A stretch of DNA of 64,000 nt from Epiperipatus broadwayi (taxonomy: Eukaryota; Animalia; Onychophora): NCBI GenBank assembly GCA_028023455.1, contig JAQFVV010000007.1, positions 10,974,001 to 11,038,000 on the forward strand, given 5' to 3'. Position numbers and translations under genes: made by a program. Position 1 is the first letter of the stretch. Each line of letters opens with the position of its first letter. A model generated the notes under the pieces. It was given only the letters and a program-made list of their open reading frames with translations, searched no databases and had not been told where the DNA came from. Shown in pieces: positions 50,579 through 62,017 of this stretch.

Positions 50579-51949
50579 AAATATTTAATAAATTCAGTAA
50601 TAAGTATTTCATTATTTTCCTTATAAATATAATCCATTATTTTTTTTGAATTCTGAATATTTTTTATTGCTCCATCTAGTTGATGTTTTTAAAAATGTTC
50701 AACTCTTTACTTTAGTACAAAATCTTTATATTATATTAAACCTCAATAAATTGGATTTGATTTTACTTTAACTTTGTAAATAAATAATATTCTAAAAAGT
50801 TTTATTTGATCTTTTTAAATATTTAAAAACTGGTCTGTAAATAAGAACAAAGTATGTAAACATCATCAATAATGTTAATGTGAATATATTTTCAGAAAAT
50901 AAATGAATTTGTTTTTTATTTTAAGTTTTTTCTAAATGCAAATGAATGTACTAAATTTTTCTTTAAAATCTGATATTTGCTTTATAATTATTAAAATTAT
51001 TAAAAAAATTCCAATGTAGTATCAATTTTGATAAGTGTTAATGTTGGTGATAAGGGGCACATAATACTCTAAAATAAATATTTCCTTCATGAATAATAAA
51101 ATTGATGCATATTTGTCACCTGTCCATAAGTTAGTAAACCTCTTCAGATTTGGTTTTATTAAAAAAATCTATAAAAGCAATGTCAAAGAATTTACATTAT
51201 TAAAAAAAATTATATGCTAGTATGAGTTATTAAAATAGCAATCTAAAGCCATGGAACTTACTCAGGAATTACTCAACAATTCTCAATGTATTTCTCAGAT
51301 GGAAAAATGGCACCTGCTGTATAGTAAAAATTATTACATTTATGTATTTTAATACTTTTTTTGTTTACTTATTTATATTTTTTTGGATAATGAATAATTG
51401 AAGTACTGTACATTAGTACAACATATTCCATGACTTTATTGTACTCAAATGTTTATCTTTACAAAATATTACATATTATTTAGTACTACATATTTTGAAT
51501 ATTGCATATCTATAATATGATTATTTGCTTATGATATCAATAAAATATGTATTTTAAATTATATTGTGAATGTCAATTAGAGCCAATTTAGATTAGACTT
51601 GCATTATTTTCATGGAATGAATGTATTATGAAATAAATCGATTTTTCTTATAATAGTATGAATTATGGATGCAAATGGGTTTAGTTTTTGTTTGGTTTGT
51701 ATTTATATTTTCATACTAGGAAGCATTGCCCTGTGTTGTTTAGTGCAGATTGTAAAACACCAGAATCTAGAATGTAAGATCCTCGAGCAATAAAGATATT
51801 CAATTTTTTTTATTTACTAGGAGGCAGTGCACTGAATATAAATAGTGCTTGGAAATTCATCTCTCCAAAATATTTATTATATAGACACAGCTTTGCATAT
51901 TATACAACTAATAGATGTAATATTTAAATACAAGTGCATTTTCTATAAT

Positions 51950-54830
51950 GAACTTCAAAGGAATTTGAAGTCAGATTTTCAAGCTACCTACAGCTATCTA
52001 CTTCATCTTATACAAAATATGCACCTGACCACATACATGTGAAAAAGATAAATGATCTTCAATATACATATTTCATGCTGAACCATCTCTCTTCAATTGG
52101 TCCATATTTATGTTATCATGTGCATTAATTGTATAAGATGAATTGGATAGCTGCAGGTAGAGTGAAAGTCTGAGTTCAAACCCCTTTTAATATCATTTTC
52201 AATGTTAAAAATATACTTGTCTTTAAATATTACATATTCAGCCCATATTCTGCTCATCCCTCTTCTATGTACTTAAATGGACATATTAAGGTTCTATACA
52301 TGAGGGATCAGAGTGACATAAAGTTAACATGGGTTTGATAATAAGATTGGCATCAGCAAAGGCTCTGATTATTCCATCATCAGATCTTCATTCAAATTGG
52401 ATGTCTAAATATTTGGAGTGTGAGGAAGATTGAAGCCTGTCCATTAAAGTTTGAAGATTTACTATCTTAATACAAACTGAGCACTGATTATATATATATA
52501 TTGTAACAAGCACAAACGACGTTACATTGTTTTTTTATTATTAAACATGTTCGCATTTAAAAATTTTCATTAAGAATTAAAAATTGAAATTAAATATCAT
52601 CTTAAACTCGTATATATAAATCGCACAGATAAAAAAAAATATTAAAATAAAACTTTATTAAAAATAGAAAGGTATTTTAAAAACAAAAACCTAAAAAGAT
52701 TTAGAGATAAAAATATATCTTTAATCTTGGAAAACACATTAATTAATCAGAAATGGAAATGATTGTTTTAATTAGTTAAATGTAAACCAGCCTTGGGCAT
52801 TTAAATGTAAAAACATCGGTCAGATAGGAAAACAATAAAAACTTTTAGCAAATAAAAAGAAATCCCTATGGAATCGGACCTCAGTGAAAGGACCATCGCA
52901 TCGATGACGTAATGTAAATTCAATCCTTCAAATTAATATAAAAGGACAAGTTTGAAAAATAGTTAATTATTGATAGATTATTTACGATGTGACAGATATG
53001 TGTTAGTGCGGAAGTGAAGGAGAAGGGATGGAAAAGACACACTCTTCAATCCCTTCAGTTTTGCCAAAGAAAGAAAGAGAAATGAACTATCATTTTCTAC
53101 ATTGAGGACCAACTAAACTAAAAAACCTCCGAATGAATAAATAAAACAATGGCTAAATGGATACCAATCTTTTTAGGACGGCATGGGAATTCACGTTCAA
53201 ATGGCAAGGAACATATAAAGATGAACTGTTTAAAAAACCGTAAGAACTTTATAATTTATGAACATTAAATTAAAAACTTTCCATATATAAAAAATACAAA
53301 TAGAATCCTATCTGACCAACGTAAATTAATATTAATAATGTTATTTGATATTTTTTTTTAATTTAAAATCATTTCCATTTATTTATTTTTTGTTCTTTAA
53401 GTTTTATTATGATTTCTGTTTTCCGTTAAGTAAATTATATAAATGTTAAACTTAAGTCGGGCGTGAATGACTGTATAGATTTGTAAAGTTATATTAGGGG
53501 AGGGTAATCTTAGGTTATTTGTGTCGTAGTTGAATTGGGTCAATGGATGGGATATATTGGTGTGATTAGTAGATGTAATATCAGATTCGCTACGGGCAGA
53601 ATCGTTTCATACGCTGCACTCACCCGTTTGCCTATGGAAGGAATTATAAGATGGAGAACGCAGTTCCTTTCTATGGAGTTTTTTTTTTATTGCTCTTCTT
53701 GTCAGATAGATGTCATATTCCTATTTGATGAGAGGCAATTTCTTCTCTTAACTTTTTGGTGCTGCCGTATTTCATATTACATTGAATGCATCGATATATC
53801 AGATAAATTGACGCCAGTTTTGGCTGTGAACCTTTAGCCTAAGGTTAAATAGGAATAGAATGTTTTATTTTCAAATGCAAATCTATGTAGTCTATTCATA
53901 CTCGACACTAAATAAAAATGCATTAAATTTAAGTTGTTTATAAATGCTTGCATGGATTGTTTATCGGTTAAGTATGTTTTGGGTTTTCATATTTGATCAA
54001 AATATATAGACATTCGATAAATAATGATACCTTACAGTGAGTATCTATAATGTATTTATTCGGATGTCTTTTAAGTTATTGGTGACAATGCAAATATCTT
54101 ATGGTGAATACTATTGGGTTACTTATAAATTTCCCTCTGCAATTGTCAGTATCAATGATTTTATATTTTGATCGTTTATGTTTATTTTGAAATGTTTTTA
54201 ACCGTTGTAATCTATGTAACCGATCTATACTCAACATTTTAAAACAAACTTTTATAAACTCCTCTGTGCGAACTTATAAAAAATTAAAATGTAAAGTTGT
54301 AAAAATTAAAATGTAAATTAAAATCAAAGTTAAAAATGTACGTTAAATTTTAAAAGGTAAACTGATGCTAAAATAATTTTAAATCTTATATATGTGCGTT
54401 AATAAATGTTTGTATATTAATTACTGGCAGTGGCTTATTTTATTCTTTTTTTATATACTCTTAGATTATATTATTTAATCTCTGCTCTTCCACTGAGCTA
54501 GTGACATGGGCTAACGACCAGAACCAAAATATTTAAAAAAATATATATATATTTTGACTTACGTATCTGCCTACTTTATAAATTTTTCTAGGTTCAAATG
54601 CCTAGATGGCGCCCTGTAGTGCAGATCACGTTAAGATCATATTGTCCGGATCGTTACAATATATATATATATATATGGTTGGAGATGATGATCTAGACCA
54701 TTTGATGAGTTCTGGATCAGTATGAAATACATATATTGGGCGATCATTTATTTTTTCCACATGTATGTGGTCATATGCATCGGTTGTATAAGGTGGAGTG
54801 AATAGATGTAGGAAGCATAGATGTCTAATC
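51950..54830. mobile_element. Family C fold-back split by a 2.16-kb insertion
   Basis: Minus-strand HHR-like motif 52057-52103; plus-strand monomer 52105-52501 resumes at 54659 with an HHR-like motif at 54696-54739. Confidence 0.8.
52502..54658. mobile_element. Solo-LTR-like insertion (TGTAAC...GTTACA) in a (TA)n tract
   Basis: 6-bp inverted termini, ATAT on both sides, CpG-rich relative to flanks, no convincing ORF; cleanly interrupts a family C monomer. Confidence 0.6.
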
Positions 54831-55899
54831 CTAATTAAAGTAATAGGCGTGTAATGTTTTGAATTGTAATATCTAGTTTGTATTTAAAACTAATAGTTAA
54901 GTTTTACTTTATATGCATTTAAACAATGACTAACAATCATTAAATTATTCATATACATGAATTTTAATCGCTTTACAATAATGTTGTTTTTTCCATTTCT
55001 GTTATATTTTCCATCCCCATGAGAAATCATAAAGCAAAATTTCACTAAATATTTCCACATGATTTATTTACTTTTGTAACGAATTCTCTTTTTTTAATCT
55101 TTTTTCTCTCTCCGTCTCTTTCATATAAAATACAGTTGATTTCTCATGCAATTGAACAAACCAGTCTCCATAAAACCCCGATATACTTATCTCCTAATTA
55201 ATTCAGCATTTAAATTCTATATTATGATTATTTTTTTACAATTATTATATACCATGCTTTATTTACTTTGAAATTAATAATGTCCTTAGAAACATTGATT
55301 TTATTCTAATAGAATGTATGAATGAAGCGACTTTGATAAAATAAAGGACTAAAAAATGATTAGGGTAAATTTAGTATTTTCTAGAGACTTTGCCACTCCG
55401 CATAATTTTAATGCATAACGTTAAGAAACTGTAAAGCTTATTATCAATGGTATATTAATCCTAATGGAGCAAGGACCACTATTGATAGAGATTGATAAGA
55501 AATATGCAATTTTTGTTGTATTTTGTATATTGCATATAAATAATTATTGCAAACATTTGAAGTCTATAAGACCACAACTATACATTTAATATATGTTTAT
55601 GATGCAAACATTACCGTAGAACATATCATATAAGAAAATAAAAATAGTCACCGATGATCAATAAATGACACTCTGCTGTCTAAATAATTTAACAACGTCT
55701 TTGTCTGTATCTATTTTGTTATCCTGAGAAGTTTTCTCCGTTATAATAACATTTGATGCAGAGAAAATGATTTGGGTAGAGTAAGGGTTAAAAAAATAGC
55801 AGTTGGCAAATTAAATGAAAAGTATACTCTGCTATTGGTGGTAGGATATCGTGTGAAATTGTAATAAATAATTATACTACACATAAATAAGACGCCCCG

Positions 55900-55970
55900 C
55901 ATGATTTAATGGGAATGGTATATTGGGAGACTCATTCAAGGATAAAAGATCGCGGGTTCGCTCCGGAACT
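55900..55970 (+). mobile_element. tRNA-derived SINE-like head
   Basis: ggagactcat...gatcgcgggttcgctcc: CAT-anticodon-like loop and B-box-like GGTTCG; no acceptor stem. Confidence 0.4.
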
Positions 55971-56699
55971 ACTTATAAATCTCCAAGCAAAAAGCCATTT
56001 ATTCGATTATTTATTTAGCAAACAAACTTTGTCGTTTACTTCAACTTATTTCTACAATTTATTAATTATTATTTTTTCCTACCTTTATTTACTTAAATCG
56101 AAATGAAACTGTAGTTATTCCTTTTTTAACGACTGTTTAGTATTATTTATTTTCAGTTATTTTTTTACTTTATTTCTTTTAAATCAATTAGAAAAGATTA
56201 TTTCTTTTTCCTGAAATTTACTTAAGACACCTGTCAGAAATTTTGCAATATGTCAGTCAGAGGTAGCTCTAAGCTCTAATCCCACCTTAGCCTGGACAGG
56301 TTGCTAAAACTCATTCTCTCGTTATTCTTCTATAATTGCATTACAATATCATGAGGTTTTCATTCTATTTCACAAATATAGAAAACTGATTTTGTTTAAA
56401 TCTGAATTCAAAATTATACTTTTTTTTTCTTTAATAAAACACATCTAAATTTTATTTCTGCACATTTTATAATAAATAAAAACATCTACATTTTATACTG
56501 ACTATATTTGTTTATCCAATCATCCATACATCCTTATATATAGCAAAAGGGTAAGTTAAAGGTTTCAGGCTAAGATATTCTCTGAATGTTGGAAGCTACA
56601 TGAAGCCTTTAATGAGGTCTCTTGTTGTTTCCAGCATAAATTCTTTATCATTTAATTAAATAAATAAAAAGGTAATAAAAAATGGTTTTTTTTTAAAAA

Positions 56700-57150
56700 A
56701 AAACAAACAATCCAAATGAACTTTTATCGCCAAATATATAGTTTTTCAAATGAATAAATAACTTTGATAATACATATATTTTGTTCTAATAAACAAATTT
56801 CATTTCAATAATATGAACCAGCTTTTTATTTATTTCAGTGATCCAGAGTTTAATGTATAATGGTTCCACTCCCTCATTTTAATGTGGAGAATTTCCATTG
56901 AAGGTTCAGCAATAATCCATTCGATTATCTTTTTGGCAGAATGAGGATAACACATAATCTCTACTATTAAAAAGTGAAGACACTTTGTTAAGAGCAAGCA
57001 AAGGCATATTCATATGAATATACATTTGATTTTGACTGTAGTTGAAGTGTACTTATATTTTCAAAAATATCAACTCTTAGAATAAATTTAGTGAATACTA
57101 CTGGTCAAGTGAATAGAGACCTATTAATAAGTAATAACTTGATTATTTTT
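56700..57150 (-). pseudogene. Possible Sola2-like transposase remnant
   Basis: MYIHMNMPLLALNKVSSLFNSRDYVLSSFCQKDNRMDYC loosely fits the Cys/His region of Sola2 transposases; judged from memory only. Confidence 0.25.
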
Positions 57151-57619
57151 GATAGTTAATAAGTTTTAAGAAACGAATATTTGCACATTGATTTAATGCT
57201 GAAGACAATAGACATCTAATTTTTAAAATTGGTGGCAGAAATGCAAAAACCATCAATAGATTTTGCTGTCTTATATCAATCGTTAACCAGTAATGATCGA
57301 AGAGATTTGTTAATAAATTTATATAAATTGATAATACATCTTATACTGAGATATATTATCAATATTATCTATTAATGGTATAAACTATTTATAAATAAAT
57401 AAAATAAAATATGAAGAGACTCTTGAAATTTAATTTAAAGTACAGTATAACAAGTTGACTACAAATAATCACAAAATCCAATTTTAATTGATAAAAATAA
57501 AATTTATTAATATTAAAATATAACTAAATAAAAAAGTATATAAGTTAATGAGACTATTTGTTATTTAAATATAGGTACATTAATAGTAAAAAACCTTGAG
57601 AAAAAATTTTTAATAGCAA

Positions 57620-58010
57620 AGTTAAAAATTTTTCAAGTTACAATATTTCTTATGACTCTCTATAGTTGTGAATATTGGTTATGGAAGAAGGAGGATAGAA
57701 AAAATAATGAAGGTTTTGAGCTTTTGTGCTGGAAAAACGTTTGGAAGGAATGGAAAAATGAATAGTCAAATCACAAATGATGAGTTGAAATTGTGTTATG
57801 GTGATTATATAACAATATTATTCATTAATCAGGGGAGTTGATTTTGGAAATAGAAGCAGGTAATGAGTAATGAGATGAATGGACACTATCATTGTAATAA
57901 CGATGTGAACTTTTGAGGAGACTATGAAACTAAGTTAAAGATCATTCATATGATTATTGCTATTGGAAGTTGTCTCTATGAATCTTAATATTAACAAATT
58001 AAATAGTATT
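57620..58010 (+). pseudogene. RTE (BovB-like) LINE 3' remnant
   Basis: IFLMTLYSCEYWLWKKEDRKNNEGFELLCWK parallels the BovB pattern VFPVVMYGCESWTVKKAERRRIDAFELWCW. Confidence 0.8.
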
Positions 58011-61000
58011 TGGAGCTACAATGTAATCCTGAATCATCAAAACTACTGTTTTAAATATTACATTAAGTTGATTTTACCTTGCATTATTTACTACACAAAC
58101 ATAATAATTCAAATTTGAATACTTTGTGTGTAATGAAATGGTTTCTTTCTTCTTTATAACATAAAGTTCAGTGCACTTTTAGTGAAAGGCACTCAGCTTT
58201 ATATTACTTCCTTCCACAGTCTAACAAATGTGTTTAGATTTTAATTACACATCCAAATAAAGAAAGAAATCAATATTATATAATATAATATGAGCTAATA
58301 CAGAAATATTTGTTATTATATATTTATAATTAATTTGATTTTTTTCTCTACAATCTGCTGTCTTTTGAACATCAAATAACATAATTGTGATGATGATTGA
58401 ATATATGTTGTCTAATCACACTGCATTAGTAAATACATATAATCATTCAAAGCATGTAAAGCACTTTATCACAGCACACAGTAAACAATTATCTGACTAA
58501 AAGTATAGACAATGGCACTTGATTCATTTGCATGCCATAATTATATCAATTTCAGATGAAATTTAATGAACTTAATTTCCAAAATTGTGACATTTATGTA
58601 GCAATTTGTTATGTTTCTTTCATGGAGGTCTAAAAGAAACTTTAGTTGATTGGAGTTATTAGAAAAAGAAGTCATCAATGTAAAACTGAAGTGTGAGTAT
58701 TCAAATGCAAATAGAAAATTTCATTCTTTTCTTATTATAAATTGCACATGTTCTACACCTGATGGAAGATTCAGAAGTAGATAAATATTTCAATTAAGTA
58801 AATATAGCTGATCATTGTTGGTGGCATTCCACCATTTTTAGACAATTTATTTTAATATCTTAATTTATGAACTCCATTAAACTCTACCCTTTCATGACAA
58901 AAAATTAGCTCACTAAATTAAAATTTATTTTGGGAAAAATATTCACTTATGTGGGCTTTAGTTTGTGTAGAGTTTATGACAAAACTAAATTATTTTTCCT
59001 ATAATTATCACTTAAATTCATTTTAAACATTTCTAAAATAGTAAAGATATTAAAAGCAACAAATTTATTTAATTTATTCAGAATCCAAGTCTCCCTTTCT
59101 TATTTGAAAAATCCCTAGTACAACTTCTTCCATATCTTAACATTTTAATTTACAATGAAACCTTTTTTTATATCATATATTGATAATCTTTACATTATTT
59201 ATTATAAATATAAGCTTTCAAACAATAGACATTTTAAATGTTAATATTTGAACTTTGCAAAATGAAACCAAATATTTATTAAATGGAGTTCTTTGACACT
59301 TTGCATTATTGGACATAATTTTATGTATGTAAAATATTAGTAGAATGAAATATTAGATATTCCAATTTTTTAAAATTCAAAAGAAATTTAGGGTTAGATG
59401 TCATTAATGAATGAAAATATATCTTAAAATTAATAATTAAACTTGTTATAATATATTAAATCATCTATGCACTTTATCACTGTTTCACAATGGTTTAATC
59501 AACAACTCTTTTTTTCAGTTTCCTTTTAAAGAAGATAAAGTTATTGTATTAAAATTTAAAAATAAATTGTTTTACTCATATTGATAAAGCCATCCTTGTA
59601 AAAGTCACTTCCATTTTGCTGTAACAAACTTTTTATAATTTGTCTTTTTAAAAATAAATGTTTTCAAATAAAGTTTAATTATAGTCATGTAGATTTTTGA
59701 TTTAAAATAAGTATTTTATAAAAATATTGCATAAGCAACCTTAAATATCTAAACAAATTAGTGAAAGTACAATTTTTCTTTTCAAAAATGAAAAATTCAG
59801 GAATGTGCTTAAGGCAAAACACTCCACCTATTAGATTTTAACACTTTATTGAGATCACAAAGGCCAGCTGTGACTTTTTTATATGAAAATTACATATTTG
59901 TAATTTTTTAAAGTGAAATTGATGCTGACATTTTCAGATTTTTTTTCAACTAATAATTTCAAAATGATTTTCACAGTAAAATGAAACTGTGCATAGTAAT
60001 CTAATATTATAAATATATGTAAAATAAACAAAATGACTATAATGGAATGCTAAAGAAACAAAAAAATGCCATTTTCTACATTATATAAACTACCATATAT
60101 TTTTGTTTTTCCAATGTAAATTTACATTGTTGTAAATGTATAATATAATTATGAAAATAATATATATATATATTAAATGCAAACAACTTTTAAAATAATG
60201 AAAATAACTTTTAAGAAACAAAAATTACCTTCAAATTTAGCATATCTGTTTTGAAAACTAATGTAATGTGCTGCCATTTTGTACAAATTGATTTCTGCAA
60301 GTTAATCTTTCTTATTTTTTGGATGATTCCTGATATTTAAGAATAAAACTGAAAACTGAAATATTGATTCATTACAATCATATCAAAACTATTTAATGTA
60401 GAATTGTAAAAAATATTGGCAAACAACTTTTTAAATACCATACCAAGAGATTTCATAATAATTTGACATATAACACCATCCTAAATTTGTGTAGAATTTT
60501 TTTAAAAAGGATTTATGACTTTTTAATATGTACATATCATGGTGGATTCTGAAAAATTATTGATGTATGTAGATACATGCTTATGTCTATACAAAGTAAA
60601 AATTATTAATAAAGTTAAAGCATACAATATTTTTATTATACACCTACAGATATGTTTGTACATATAAATATAATAATGAAATATATCTTTAGGTGTTTTT
60701 AAGCAACAAAAATATTGTATATTTGAACTGGACAATATCTGCCTCTGACTGGTAAGAAATGTTATTTCAAAAAAATGTTGCACAGGTATCATAAGCAACA
60801 AGTGGAACAAGGTGAAATGTCAACCAATCAAAAAAAACTTTTTTTTAAATGTGAAGATGTGGAATTTTAATAAGTGAATGTTTTGATATAAAATTATCAG
60901 TTTATTTTTATTAATGGGGTTTAAAATTTTTTTCCAAACTAAAAAATGTATATTTATTGGTACATTTCATTCTCTTAAGAAGATTGATGTGTGTTTTTTT

Positions 61001-61290
61001 TTGTTGAATGAATATCATATCTGTATACACATTTTAAACATGAATATGTAATTTTAATTAATATTAATTTCATTGGAATTAAAATGACAAATTTAGATCT
61101 TAAATAGTACATACATTACAATAACATAATTAAATATAATGCCTCAAAATTAATAGAATCCACTTGTATGGTAATACTGATTAATTTAATTGTAAATGTT
61201 AATAATAAGTGTAACTGATTTATGTGCTATTTAAATAATTATATCTTAATCTATTTAATTAATTATCATGTAAATATTAGTAATCCTAAT

Positions 61291-62017
61291 ACAGCAGCAA
61301 ACACTTCATATAATAGTTCCATCTAGTGCAAGCATTAGTAATCAATGGATGCAAGAAAGCTTATGAATAAAATTCCTATCTAATACCTACTTACCCACTA
61401 TTCCCAAACTCATTTCTAGCTTGTGCCTTTCATCCATGAGAATCATTATTTCTGAGAGTATTGCAATTAGACCTAGAATCCAATGCAATTCTCCATAGAC
61501 TCCTTTATCTATTTAGATAAGTATAACATTCTGAGCCCAAAATGAAATCACAATAATATTTTTGACACAAACTCATATACTTATATGGTCATATAGATAT
61601 AAATTCAGTTGAGTATCTATATATTTGGTGTGTTTGGTTTTTCAACAACCACAATCACCATTATTCTATGGGCAGGATTGTTATGAATCTACTAAAACAT
61701 TACATGATCACCATTTACTATGTTTATATAAGTTGTGAAGCAAACTCTCCATGCAGAAATGCCATCCAGCACAAGCCTTTGCAATTAAAGGATGAAAGAA
61801 GGTGCTTGTTGAAGGATTGCATTAGATCCTAAGTTCTAGGTGCAGTGCTCTCAGATATAAGGTTCCTCCTTGATGAAAGTGATACATTAGAAACTAATCT
61901 GGGGATATAAGATGAGTAGGCACTTGATAAAGATTTATGCACAAACCTTTTTGTACTTATTGAATACTAAGTATTGTTCTGTGTGGTATAACTGTATACA
62001 GATTTTGCTACTGTTGT
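61291..62017. mobile_element. Older family B fold-back with about 310-bp central spacer and degenerate hammerheads
   Basis: Arms about 61291-61495 and 61805-62017 align to 41599-42090; ttcctccTTGATGAAAGT..A GAAA CTAATC TGGGGA at 61863-61905. Confidence 0.75.

Noticed and set aside
51755-51850. Similarity to the L2/MIR 3' tail (ctagaatgtaagatcctcgag)
   Set aside because: Match of only about 20 bp; the downstream part does not follow the L2 tail
37190-52385. Opposite-polarity CTGATGA inside the family C monomer (37192 on +, about 52377 on -) as a second, ambisense ribozyme
   Set aside because: No helix II-GAAA follows, and the heptamer is not conserved in the 3365-4670 copies
9045-55970. Functional tRNA genes at 9045-9112, 11250-11367 and 55900-55970
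   Set aside because: No complete cloverleaf or acceptor stem; treated as SINE-like heads
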